Positions 10,465 through 19,441 of a stretch of 60,902 nt of DNA are shown here, piece by piece. The position numbers and the translations under genes were made by a program. Source of the stretch: Lachnospiraceae bacterium (GTDB lineage: Bacteria > Bacillota > Clostridia > Lachnospirales > Lachnospiraceae). Location of the stretch: assembly GCA_041855735.1 (NCBI GenBank), contig JBHAEV010000154.1, positions 1-60,902 on the forward strand, given 5' to 3'. The number at the start of each line of letters is the position of its first letter. Within the stretch, counting starts at the first letter, position 1. A model generated the notes under the pieces. That model was not told where the DNA came from and did not search any database. It was given only the letters and a program-made list of their open reading frames with translations.

Positions 10465-11268
10465 ATGGACATTATGATCACCGGCAAATATGCATCCTTT
10501 ACCTGCACCACCACCGGCGCGGAACTTCTCTCATACAAGGACGTTCGGGGAAAAGAATATTTATGGCAAAAAGACCCTGCATTTTGGGCAAAAACTTCGC
10601 CGATTCTCTTTCCGCATATCGGACCCGAGTGCGATCAGCTCGTCATTGACGGCAGTTCCTACCATATGCCGAGGCACGGAATCGTCAAGGACCGGCCGTT
10701 TCAAATCTTGAAAAAGGGGGAAAACACCGTTACATTGTACACGGAAAGCGACGAGGAAACCTTGAAGATGTACCCCTTTGATTTTCAATTCAATGTCAGC
10801 TTCACTCTTCGCAACGAGGAACTGGAAGTCGTGTATACCGTCATCAATCAATCCAAAGTTTCGATGCCGTTCGAAATCGGAGGTCATCCCGCTTTCTTTT
10901 GCCCGATGCAGCCGGGCGAAACATTTTCCGATTACAAGCTGATGTTTTCGGATTTTGATAAGGACGATGTTCTTTTGAATTATCCGATGTTTGACCATGA
11001 TGCCATTCTGTTCGAACATTTTGACTCGCACATTGTCAGGCTCATCAGCACCAAAACCGGTCACGGTCTGGAGTTCCAATTTCCGGACTACGAATCCGTC
11101 GCATTCTGGACACCGATCGGAAAAGAAGCGCCGTTTCTTTGCATTGAGCCCTGGAACGGACTCACGATGGATCAGATTCATGAAACAAATTTTCTGAAAA
11201 AAACCTATATCCAGACTCTGGGGCCGCTTCAAAAAAGAGAGTACCGTTTCTGGTTTAAACCGATTTAA
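10465..11268 (+). CDS. aldose 1-epimerase family protein (LacX-like)
   Basis: The ATG at 10465 is preceded by a GGAGG SD (6-nt spacer). The sequence ...LFPHIGP...HG...GGHPAF... is consistent with the mutarotase fold. Confidence 0.7.
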   Translation: MDIMITGKYASFTCTTTGAELLSYKDVRGKEYLWQKDPAFWAKTSPILFPHIGPECDQLVIDGSSYHMPRHGIVKDRPFQILKKGENTVTLYTESDEETLKMYPFDFQFNVSFTLRNEELEVVYTVINQSKVSMPFEIGGHPAFFCPMQPGETFSDYKLMFSDFDKDDVLLNYPMFDHDAILFEHFDSHIVRLISTKTGHGLEFQFPDYESVAFWTPIGKEAPFLCIEPWNGLTMDQIHETNFLKKTYIQTLGPLQKREYRFWFKPI

Positions 11269-11297
11269 TCGGAATGGATCTTCCTTTATTCTTGTTG

Positions 11298-11331
11298 CAA
11301 ACACCCCGGGCAGTGTCGCCCGGGGTGTTTG
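11298..11331. terminator. bidirectional terminator hairpin between convergent genes
   Basis: Perfect 14-bp stem CAAACACCCCGGGC / GCCCGGGGTGTTTG with a 6-nt loop. Confidence 0.75.
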
Positions 11332-11400
11332 CGTATTCGCCAAAACCTGCACACGATCCGTCTCCTGTCCGGTGACGAATTATCCGGTTTTCTTTCATTG

Positions 11401-11949
11401 TCATGTATTGTGATACTTTCTTGCATATGCCAGAATCCCGGCAACCGTTTTGGAATCCGTCATCTCCCCTTTGTAGATCAATTCCAGCAGATCTTCTACC
11501 GTCCAGCTCTCCACATGGATGACTTCGTCCGCATCCAGATGCTGTACGGAAGGCTGCAGATTTCTTGCGACAAAGATATCAATGGCTTCATTACAGAATG
11601 CCACGGTCGTATTGACCCGAATCAGGAACTCCAGATCATCCGGGGATTCCACTTTTTTTCCGGTTTCTTCCTCCAGCTCACGGAAGGCGCAAATCCTTCT
11701 CGGCTCCTCAATATCATCCACTTTGCCTGCCGGCAGTTCCAAAGTAAAACGATCCAGTGCATTGCGATATTGCCGGACCATCAAAAGCCGTCCGTCATCA
11801 TCCACGGCAACCACTGCCGCCGCACCGTCATGGTGAATAAAATCCCATTTCGTTTCATTGCCGTTGGCAATCACATGATCCTGATAAATCTTAATTACTT
11901 TCCCCGTGTAAACCAGTTCCCTTTTCAGTCTTTTTACCGGAATGTCCAT
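11401..11949 (-). CDS. NUDIX hydrolase (ADP-ribose pyrophosphatase-like)
   Basis: Nudix box GKVDDIEEPRRICAFRELEEETG. I prefer the ATG at 11949 (SD GGAGG, 5-nt spacer) to the upstream GTG at 11967. Confidence 0.8.
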   Translation of the reverse strand: MDIPVKRLKRELVYTGKVIKIYQDHVIANGNETKWDFIHHDGAAAVVAVDDDGRLLMVRQYRNALDRFTLELPAGKVDDIEEPRRICAFRELEEETGKKVESPDDLEFLIRVNTTVAFCNEAIDIFVARNLQPSVQHLDADEVIHVESWTVEDLLELIYKGEMTDSKTVAGILAYARKYHNT

Positions 11950-11993
11950 CTCTTCCTCCTTCAACACGACACCGGTATTCCCGATGTTCTCAC

Positions 11994-13202
11994 CTATTCT
12001 GCAGATGCGCTTCCGCGAACGGCATCCTGATACTCCAGATATGCCAGCAACAGATTCAGACTCGATACCTCTGCATTCACCTTTGCCCGATTGTATTCCA
12101 GCGCACTTTCATTATAGCGAATCCGGGACAACATGCCAAGACGGTATTTCGATTCGGCGGCATTGGCCTTCATCTCACCCGCCTGCAGTGCCGTCTTTTT
12201 GGATTCATAGTCCAGCAGTGCCGTTTTCATGTTTTGATACTTCTTGGTCACATCATTTCGGACATTGCCCTCCATCTGTGCCTCGGAAGCATCTGCCGCT
12301 TCTTTTTTGGTAAAGTTTCGAGATGTCTTCGCCCGTCTGTGTGAAATCAAAGTATAATTGTTTCCGATGGCGGATTTGATGTCCGCTTCCAGATCGACGG
12401 CTTGGATGACATCTCCGTTTACAAAATCTTCCACACGGATATCCATGATTTCGGGTTGTGCATTGACATCCCAGCCGAGCATGGTAATCAAGGTTCTTCG
12501 CATGCTCTCCGCATTCGATCGAAGCGTTTCCAAATCCGCCTTGTTCTTTGCCAGCTCGGAATTGGCGCGGATCGCATCCTGCAAAATGGATGTGCCCACA
12601 TCCACGCCGGTCTTTGAAATCGCAAGCATCTCCTCTCTGATCGCAATTCCCGACTGCAGCAAATCCATCTGTTTTCTGAGGCTCAAATAATTGACCATCA
12701 TGCTTTTCACCGCATGAATGACCTGCCGCTCGCTGTTTCGAAGGCTTTCATTCCCGATGCTGACCTCCCTGCCGAGACTGACTTTCGAACGGTTCAGACT
12801 CTTTACCGTCTGATCCAATGCCTTTTCCTGTGCCGTATATACCCCGAAACTCTCGATATCACCGGCACTCTTTGCATTCTCCGCCAATTCGGAAAGACTT
12901 CTCTGACCGGCTTCCAATTCGGAAATATTCATCGTAATTTCATCGATGTTTGCCCGATAGTCCTTCCACGCGCTTACGACACCCGGATTGAAAAAGTGTA
13001 CCAGAGCATCAATCTCCGCATACTCCAGGCGATTGTCCATATATCTTTGATAGTCCTCTTCGCTGACGCCCATCTTCTGTGCCGGCGTCCGGTTTTGTCC
13101 CATCGGGCCGTCCACAGCGGATGCGGCGGCGACAAACACCGTGCCATTGCTCATCAGCAGCACACAAAGTCCCGCTGCCAGACATTGTTTGATCTTTTTC
13201 AT
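11994..13202 (-). CDS. TolC-like (outer membrane efflux protein family) secreted protein, paralog 1
   Basis: Signal peptide MKKIKQCLAAGLCVLLMSNGTVFVAAASA. Two long coiled-coil OEP-like repeats. The C-terminal ...LNLLLAYLEYQDAVRG is typical of TolC/OprM family ends. Likely start is the ATG at 13202. Confidence 0.7.
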   Translation of the reverse strand: MKKIKQCLAAGLCVLLMSNGTVFVAAASAVDGPMGQNRTPAQKMGVSEEDYQRYMDNRLEYAEIDALVHFFNPGVVSAWKDYRANIDEITMNISELEAGQRSLSELAENAKSAGDIESFGVYTAQEKALDQTVKSLNRSKVSLGREVSIGNESLRNSERQVIHAVKSMMVNYLSLRKQMDLLQSGIAIREEMLAISKTGVDVGTSILQDAIRANSELAKNKADLETLRSNAESMRRTLITMLGWDVNAQPEIMDIRVEDFVNGDVIQAVDLEADIKSAIGNNYTLISHRRAKTSRNFTKKEAADASEAQMEGNVRNDVTKKYQNMKTALLDYESKKTALQAGEMKANAAESKYRLGMLSRIRYNESALEYNRAKVNAEVSSLNLLLAYLEYQDAVRGSASAE

Positions 13203-13223
13203 ATTCACACCGCGCTTTCCGTA

Positions 13224-14420
13224 TTATTCCGTCTTTGCCAGACCGGCAACTGTCCACTCATAATTATTGATTGCAATTCGAAGTGCGAGTTCCGACTGTT
13301 GCAAAGAAATCTTTGCCATGTCATTTGCAATCCTTGCCGATTGCATCTCATAGGTGCTGACCATACCGAGTCTGTGCTTGCCGGAAATATTGGCAAAATT
13401 CACAGCCTGCAATTCGGAATTGTTTTTTGCATGCGTGAAAGCTTCCTGCGCGGCTTTCACACTTTGATAAGCGGTAAGTACCGCATTGGCAATGCCCGCT
13501 TTATTGCTTGCGATGGTATTGTTCAGGCTGTCCTTTTGACTTTGCGATTTGGCATTGGCGAGTTTTTTTTCATTCGCCTTGAGCACATAGTTGTTCTCAA
13601 TCGCCCGTTTGGTATCTTCTTCCACGGAAAAGGACTGTATTTTCTCATCCGGATTGAAATCCGGCAATGCCGTAAATTCCGGATGCGAATCATAGGACCA
13701 GCCGCACATGATCATCAGTTTCTGACGAATGTTTTCCGTTTCCGCCGAAGAACTCAGTACCTCTTTTTGCGCATTCAAAAGACCTTCGTTTGCGTTGAGC
13801 ACATCCAGATTTGTCGCAACACCCGCGCGATATCTGGCATTCGCATTCTGCACATCCAAATCGGCTTTTTCCTCGGAAAGCTTTGCCGCATCCTCGCTCA
13901 ATCTTGCATTTTCCAGATTGATGCGATTGGTCTGTGCAATCTGCACCAGACTCATCTTTGCCTGCTCAAAATTATAATAATTGACATCATAATCTTCCAA
14001 TGAAGTATCCGCCGACTTCCTCAAATTGTCGACCGTCGCCAGAGAGTTTGCCTTGCCGAGCAACGCCTGCGCATAGGTCGGGGAGTCGATGTCCGGTTCC
14101 ACCAGATTTGCCATGATTTCATCCGCCGTCTTATTGTAGCGCTCGCTTGCCGTAGCATTGGTTCTGCCGTACTTTTTCCGAAAATCCATCAGCTCGATAT
14201 TGTTTTTCAGAACCGTTGCATTGTATTCTTCAATCAAACCCTGAATCTCCGTGTATTCCAGGGTATTGTCCCGAAGTTTGTCCCATTCTTCCTGCGTTCT
14301 TGCAAAACCCGGCGCCGCAAAAACCGTATTTGCAAAAACAAGGCTCCCCGCCAAAGTCATTGCCGTCAGCCCGGCAATCACTCTCTTCACATTTCTGTTC
14401 CCAATCCTTACCGTCATCAT
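13224..14420 (-). CDS. TolC-like (outer membrane efflux protein family) secreted protein, paralog 2
   Basis: I prefer the ATG at 14420 (SD AAAGGAAG). Signal peptide ...AGLTAMTLAGSLVFANTVFA-AP. Same two-repeat coiled-coil layout as the downstream paralog. Confidence 0.7.
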   Translation of the reverse strand: MMTVRIGNRNVKRVIAGLTAMTLAGSLVFANTVFAAPGFARTQEEWDKLRDNTLEYTEIQGLIEEYNATVLKNNIELMDFRKKYGRTNATASERYNKTADEIMANLVEPDIDSPTYAQALLGKANSLATVDNLRKSADTSLEDYDVNYYNFEQAKMSLVQIAQTNRINLENARLSEDAAKLSEEKADLDVQNANARYRAGVATNLDVLNANEGLLNAQKEVLSSSAETENIRQKLMIMCGWSYDSHPEFTALPDFNPDEKIQSFSVEEDTKRAIENNYVLKANEKKLANAKSQSQKDSLNNTIASNKAGIANAVLTAYQSVKAAQEAFTHAKNNSELQAVNFANISGKHRLGMVSTYEMQSARIANDMAKISLQQSELALRIAINNYEWTVAGLAKTE

Positions 14421-14452
14421 CTTCACTTCCTTTCCGTTTGCGAAAACGTCCT

Positions 14453-14568
14453 GCCCGAATTTCACTCCTTTTCGTTTTTTGAAATCGCTTCCGCCCGAAC
14501 TTCACTCCTTGTCGGTCTGTGAAATTGCTTCGGGCTGTGAAATCGCTTCCGCCCGAATTTCACTCCTT
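14453..14568 (-). repeat. intercistronic direct/inverted repeat array (3 copies of GCCCGAAYTTCACTCCTT, two extended to 30 nt)
   Basis: Positions 14481-14510 and 14539-14568 are identical 30-mers except for one base. A third 18-nt copy is at 14453-14470. An inverted partial copy is at 14518-14535. Confidence 0.85.
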
Positions 14569-14599
14569 TTTTGCCTGCGAAATATCTTTTGCTCGAACC

Positions 14600-16858
14600 C
14601 TACTTCGGGTTTCGAAAAAACCGGATATTTATTTTAAACACATCGCCTTCCACATCAATCGAAATCTCACCGCCCTGCGCTTCGGTCAGATTCTTCGCAA
14701 TCGCAAGTCCCAGTCCCGAACCCGGAGTATTTCTGGACGTATCCGCTCTTGCAAAACGCTCCAGCAGTTCTTCGGGATTCGATGTGATCTCAATATCGGA
14801 GATATTGGTCAATGTGACATCGACATAGTCCGCGGTTTCCGAAAAAACGATATATGCCCTGCTGCCTTTGAGTGCATATTTTGTAATGTTCACCAGCAAG
14901 TTTTCAAAAATCCGGTATGTCTTTTTGGCATCCAGACTCAGTACACATTTGCCGCCCGGCAATTGCCAGCGAAAATCAATACCCGCCTCTTCGATTTTTT
15001 CATTGTATTCCAGCCTCAATCCCTTTAACAGTCCGACGATGTCCACATCCGCCTTCTCCAGCTTCAATTTCCCCGTACTTGCCAGACTCATTTCAAACAA
15101 ATCATCGATCAAAGACTTAAAGCGCATGGACTTGGCATCCAGGATTTCGATATACTTTCTTCTTTCCTTTGCATCGATGTTTTCATCCTTCAGCAAATTG
15201 ATATACATGATAATGGCAGTCAGCGGTGTTTTTAAATCATGCGACATATTGGTAATCAATTCGGACTTGGATCTCTGACTCTCTCTCTCCTTGTCCACCG
15301 CTTTGATAAATCCGTCATTGATCAGCCTCAATCGCTCATCAAACGGCTCGAACTCGCCGAGGTTTTCATTCACATACACTTTTTTCTTCGGATTGGCTTC
15401 CACCGCCGATTTCTCCTCAAAGAAAAGCTCACCCTTCGCCAATGTGTCCATCCATTTGAGAATTTTCCGAAAATGTTCCTTCTTTCGATTGTAATAATTT
15501 GCAACAATCGCCAGAATAAAGAGCGAATAAATCAGCAATCCGAAAAAATTATGAACACGGAATATCGCCATCAACAACAGCACCAGAAAATTCAAACCGA
15601 TCCATTTTCCGAATTGACGAAATGCGCTGTCGTTCCAGTTTACCTCGATATCGGTTCGAATCACAAATCGATAAATTTCGCCCAGCTTCGTCAAAAACAT
15701 TCCCGTCAAAGTGCGCTCCAGAAAATACCGTTTCGGTCCCAGATGAAAAACGGCACAAAGACTTATGGTCACCCATAAAGTTACTCCCAGCAGGCTCGTC
15801 CACGTCAGAACATTCAGCAAAAAAATCATGGCTTCGGACAGAATCTTGAAAATTCCCGCTCGAAACAGAAAATCACTCAGATTGTTGTCCAAAGTTGTCA
15901 AAATCAGATTCTTCGGGAAAACGGATCCCGAAAAAGCCAATGCGGCAATCGTTGCGAGTACAAGAACCTCCAACGGCACATTCGTCTTGTCCTGCCGGTC
16001 CGAGTAGTCTTTGAGAAAGGACAATCCCACCCCGAGTATGACCGTGAAAATAACCGCGATATAGAGAAGATTGAAAAAATAGGTGCTTCGGTCGGTATAT
16101 ATCACACTGTCCGGGCCGAACATCTGCCCGGAATTGAAATAATACACAAACTCCAGATTCGTCGGCGGTTTAAAGCGTAATTCGAATTCATGTTTGATAT
16201 CTCTCTTGCTGCTCGACAGATAGGCAAGATAGTCGCCCAACGGATCAAATCGGTGATATTTTTCCAAAGACTTTCTCAGTGTTTCTTCCGTCTCACCTGT
16301 GATATTTCCGTTCAATTTCAACTCTTTTACCGTCATTTTCCCGGCATTGTCAAAAACCAGCACCAGCTTGGACAAAGCCTCCGTTTCCGTAAAATCCAGG
16401 CCCTTCTCCCGGACAATCACTTCGTCCGTTTCGGAAGAAATCACCTCATAAGACAGAACATTCCTGTATTTGTCAAAACTTCGCTTCCATCCGTTGCTGC
16501 GAACAAAAAACTCTTCAATCATATCCAAATACAGTTCGTATTCGTCCTCATATTGCTTTAAAACATTTTCGTCCACCTTGACATCCACATAGGCTTCGAT
16601 ATTGGTCAGAAGCTTTCCTTCTTCCTGCTCCCGGACCTGCTTGGTCAATGTCATCGTGGAATTCATCAGTACCGATGCCAGCTCTTCTGCCTGCCTTTGC
16701 TCCAGCTGCGCCTGATTTTCCGGTTTGCTTTGATACTCTCTGCTCATCCGATCGAGGGTCGGATAAGACAATGTAAAAAACAGCGCAAAAGCAAGAATTG
16801 CCGCCACGGCAATACCTAAGAATATCTTATATTTGCTTTTCAATCTTATATCCAACAC
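14600..16858 (-). CDS. sensor histidine kinase (large extracytoplasmic domain plus multi-TM block)
   Basis: H-box NMSHDLKTPLTAI and HATPase G-boxes (...GSGLGLAIAK...). One N-terminal TM helix, about 240 aa of extracytoplasmic sequence, then about 6 TM helices. The start is a non-ATG codon (GTG 16858 or TTG 16855) overlapping the regulator gene. Confidence 0.85.
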   Translation of the reverse strand: MLDIRLKSKYKIFLGIAVAAILAFALFFTLSYPTLDRMSREYQSKPENQAQLEQRQAEELASVLMNSTMTLTKQVREQEEGKLLTNIEAYVDVKVDENVLKQYEDEYELYLDMIEEFFVRSNGWKRSFDKYRNVLSYEVISSETDEVIVREKGLDFTETEALSKLVLVFDNAGKMTVKELKLNGNITGETEETLRKSLEKYHRFDPLGDYLAYLSSSKRDIKHEFELRFKPPTNLEFVYYFNSGQMFGPDSVIYTDRSTYFFNLLYIAVIFTVILGVGLSFLKDYSDRQDKTNVPLEVLVLATIAALAFSGSVFPKNLILTTLDNNLSDFLFRAGIFKILSEAMIFLLNVLTWTSLLGVTLWVTISLCAVFHLGPKRYFLERTLTGMFLTKLGEIYRFVIRTDIEVNWNDSAFRQFGKWIGLNFLVLLLMAIFRVHNFFGLLIYSLFILAIVANYYNRKKEHFRKILKWMDTLAKGELFFEEKSAVEANPKKKVYVNENLGEFEPFDERLRLINDGFIKAVDKERESQRSKSELITNMSHDLKTPLTAIIMYINLLKDENIDAKERRKYIEILDAKSMRFKSLIDDLFEMSLASTGKLKLEKADVDIVGLLKGLRLEYNEKIEEAGIDFRWQLPGGKCVLSLDAKKTYRIFENLLVNITKYALKGSRAYIVFSETADYVDVTLTNISDIEITSNPEELLERFARADTSRNTPGSGLGLAIAKNLTEAQGGEISIDVEGDVFKINIRFFRNPK

Positions 16859-17549
16859 CCCATACCACCTTCAGATATTTCGGATTCTTCGGATCTGCCT
16901 CAATCTTTTCCCGGATATTGCGGATATGTACCATCACCGTATCGGTATTGATCGCCATCTCCTGCCATACACGTTCATAAATCTCCTCCGCCGAGAAAAC
17001 CCTGCCCGGATTTTCCATGAGCAAAAGCAGAATTTTAAATTCCATCGGCGTGAGCTTAACCAATCGGTCATCCACCCTGCACTCCACCATTTCTTCGTTC
17101 AGCATAAGCCCGCCGACCGTATAAATCTTTTGCCCTCTGGATTCCGCCTGTGAGGATCCGGCTTCCAGTTTTTCTTTAAATCGTTGATAACGCTTCAGCT
17201 GCGCTCCCACTCTTGCCAGCAGTTCCATCGGGGTAAACGGCTTTGTGACATAGTCGTCCGCTCCCATGTTCAACCCCATGATTTTGTCAATCTCTTCCGA
17301 CTTCGCCGAAAGAAATATAATCGGAAAATCGTGTTTTTCACGAAGTTTCACGGTCAATGTGATCCCATCCATCCTCGGCATCATCACGTCCAGAATCGCC
17401 AGATCCACTTCCTGCTCCCGCAAAACTTCGAGGGCCTTGATTCCGTCTTCAGCCTGAAACACTTCATAGCCTCTCCCTTTTAACAGAATCGCCACGCCTT
17501 CCCGGATTTCCGTATCATCTTCGACCAAAAGGATTCTTCCTTCTTCCAT
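16827..17549 (-). CDS. OmpR-family response regulator
   Basis: The ATG at 17549 follows an AAGGAGG SD. Receiver domain ILLVEDDTEIRE...DLAILDVMMPRMDG...ADDYVTKPF. The wHTH ends VWGVGYKI. Confidence 0.9.
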   Translation of the reverse strand: MEEGRILLVEDDTEIREGVAILLKGRGYEVFQAEDGIKALEVLREQEVDLAILDVMMPRMDGITLTVKLREKHDFPIIFLSAKSEEIDKIMGLNMGADDYVTKPFTPMELLARVGAQLKRYQRFKEKLEAGSSQAESRGQKIYTVGGLMLNEEMVECRVDDRLVKLTPMEFKILLLLMENPGRVFSAEEIYERVWQEMAINTDTVMVHIRNIREKIEADPKNPKYLKVVWGVGYKIEKQI

Positions 17550-17685
17550 CTTGCCTCCTTGCTGCTGTCTTCTCATTTGAATGCTTCGGTTTTGTTCATT
17601 GTACCAGATAAAAATAAAACTGAATCTTAAAATTAAAAAAGATTTTCTAAATCTTGCAGATTCTCCCACCAACAAAAAATGTCGC

Positions 17686-17713
17686 AAAAAGCGCCGGTCA
17701 TACAGACCCGCGC
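17686..17713 (-). terminator. rho-independent terminator after the DUF1905 gene
   Basis: Minus strand reads GCGCGGGTC-TGTAT-GACCGGCGC (one mismatch) followed by TTTTTGCG. Confidence 0.6.
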
Positions 17714-17720
17714 AAATGTT

Positions 17721-18005
17721 TCAAACAATCGGAGTGATCACAACATGAATCCGGTCACCCACGCCCTTGCCCATTAATGTTTGAATGTCTTTTCTTACAC
17801 CGATAATATAGCAGATGGAACCGTCTTCATTCTTAACGCCCATATTCACAATGCTTCCATCGTACGGAATTTCGTTGAATTTTGCATGAACTTTCAATCT
17901 CCCCTTACCGAACTCTTCACGAATGTCAAAGGGGATTCTGATAAACGAACCGCCTTTCTCCTTTACCGGCTCAATCACCGCATCAAATTCGTATGTTTCC
18001 TTCAT
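17721..18005 (-). CDS. DUF1905 domain protein
   Basis: 94 aa. ...GGSFIRIPFDIREEFGKGRLKVHAKFNEIPYDGSIVNMG... is typical of DUF1905. The start overlaps the upstream stop (ATGA). Confidence 0.7.
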   Translation of the reverse strand: MKETYEFDAVIEPVKEKGGSFIRIPFDIREEFGKGRLKVHAKFNEIPYDGSIVNMGVKNEDGSICYIIGVRKDIQTLMGKGVGDRIHVVITPIV

Positions 18006-18349
18006 TCGTCTTTCTCCGATCTTTTACACCATAACGCGATTCTTCGGATCAGTTCACACGGCAAATCCTCGCTGTACGGAATTTGAATCGCACCCTTGCT
18101 GTATTTATAGCCTTCCCTGTCCAGTTCTTCGGAAAAGTGAACCACGGCATCCGGTCCCGGATACAATCCGATATGCTTTTTATTCCCCGCAAAATGGATG
18201 ATATTGCGACCTTTCCAATACGTCGGCATCCCCCATGCGATTTTTTCCGAGGCATCCGGCAATGCTTCCCGCAGGCACTGCCGTACGGCGATCAGATGTT
18301 TTCGGATTTCCGGCTCAAAATCCGAAATGTATTCGTCAATGGTTTTCAT
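18002..18349 (-). CDS. DUF1801 (YdhG-like) domain protein
   Basis: MKTIDEYISDFEPEIRKHLIAVRQCLREALPDASEKIAWGMPTYW... The ATG at 18349 overlaps the upstream stop (ATGA). Confidence 0.7.
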   Translation of the reverse strand: MKTIDEYISDFEPEIRKHLIAVRQCLREALPDASEKIAWGMPTYWKGRNIIHFAGNKKHIGLYPGPDAVVHFSEELDREGYKYSKGAIQIPYSEDLPCELIRRIALWCKRSEKDE

Positions 18350-18708
18350 ACTTCCCTCACTGCATAATAGCATCCGTTCGGTGTTGCGAAATTGAAATGG
18401 CGAAACGGCACATCTGTGATCGGATTGACAATCTTCGTCGCCTTGGATATTTTTTCATGCAAACTTTCCAGATTTTCACAATCGAAAAGAATACTCGGCT
18501 GCATGTCCACGACTTCCGGAGAATTCTCCCGGATAAATTGCTTGTCGTACACCGTAAATGTACAGGTGCTCTCTTTGTGGGACTTCATATCAAATGTCGC
18601 ATAACCCATAATCTCCGACTCGTTCTGAATCAAAAATCCGACGGCTGCCCAGAATTCCTTCTCCGCCTGCACATCATCCACATATAACATAATTCCGAAA
18701 TTTTTCAT
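18346..18708 (-). CDS. VOC/glyoxalase-family protein
   Basis: 120 aa with a beta-alpha-beta-beta-beta-type pattern (MLYVDDVQAEKEFW...). SD GGAGGGAG. Confidence 0.65.
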   Translation of the reverse strand: MKNFGIMLYVDDVQAEKEFWAAVGFLIQNESEIMGYATFDMKSHKESTCTFTVYDKQFIRENSPEVVDMQPSILFDCENLESLHEKISKATKIVNPITDVPFRHFNFATPNGCYYAVREV

Positions 18709-18794
18709 ATTTTCCGACTCCCTCCCGCTTGCATGACCGACTCATTTTGCATAACCGGTTTCACTTTGCCCGATTTACTCTGCATCGATTTACT

Positions 18795-19244
18795 TCAGAA
18801 TGTTACCGTCTCGGATATAAATCCTTCGATATCCGTGTTTACCTGCCATGTCATGCCGAATTGATCCACCACGATTCCATACCCCGGGCTCCAAGGTACT
18901 TCCTTGAAATCATGGTCGATGCTCTTTGCATCCACGCTCAGTTTGTCGAATATCTTCCTGGCTTCTTCCACATTCTCACATTGCAGACATGCGGACATAT
19001 TCGTTCCCTGTACATAATCATACTGTGGGGAATTGTCGGAAATCTGAAGACGGATATCCCCGATTCTCAGCTGCGCATTCAGCACATAATTTTTCAACGC
19101 TTCGGCGGTGTTCAAGATCGCCTGACCGTATGTGGTACAGCTTATGATTTCGGCATCAAAAGCATCCTTGTAAAAATCAACGGCCGCAAGTCCGTTCCCG
19201 TTTGTTACCAGATATATCTCAATCGCTTTCATTTCCCGTTTCAT
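18795..19244 (-). CDS. VOC-superfamily protein (PhnB-like)
   Basis: MKAIEIYLVTNGNGLAAVDFYKDAF...FGMTWQVN resembles the PhnB/3-demethylubiquinone methyltransferase domain. The start is ambiguous (19298, 19244 or 19232). Confidence 0.65.
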   Translation of the reverse strand: MKREMKAIEIYLVTNGNGLAAVDFYKDAFDAEIISCTTYGQAILNTAEALKNYVLNAQLRIGDIRLQISDNSPQYDYVQGTNMSACLQCENVEEARKIFDKLSVDAKSIDHDFKEVPWSPGYGIVVDQFGMTWQVNTDIEGFISETVTF

Positions 19245-19328
19245 CCAATCCTCTTCAATGAGGATTGAATTTTCCTTTCTCCCGACTTCTTCGGGCATCC
19301 ATTCTTATTCCTACCTGCTTTGACTCTC

Positions 19329-19373
19329 AAAAAATCCAATCCGAAGAAGATTTCTCTTCCCTCTTCGGATTGG
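19329..19373 (-). terminator. rho-independent terminator, copy A of a duplicated hairpin
   Basis: 12-bp stem CCAATCCGAAGA/TCTTCGGATTGG, followed on the minus strand by ATTTTTTGAG. Confidence 0.7.
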
Positions 19374-19441
19374 CTCCATTCTAACACACAAACTAAAACT
19401 ATGCAATTATATTTTACGCAATAGGAAGCATCCATTACATG

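Noticed and set aside
12714-14003. 429-aa plus-strand ORF
   Set aside because: It is antisense to both TolC-like genes and spans their intergenic gap. The translation is Cys/His/Ile/Phe/Arg-rich nonsense without motifs. It is a shadow of coiled-coil coding sequence.
14453-14568. CRISPR-like reading of the short tandem arrays here and at 42398..42521
   Set aside because: There are only 3-4 imperfect units. Periods of 33-58 nt have no constant repeat/unique spacer alternation. There are no cas genes, and both arrays are intercistronic within operons.
16827-17687. 286-aa version of the response regulator, and similar N-terminally extended ORF-track calls (for example 258..1868, 52335..53408, 26404..27780, 30438..31343)
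   Set aside because: Internal ATGs with strong GGAGG-type SDs coincide with the canonical N-termini of the families. The extensions have no SD and no homology-like sequence.
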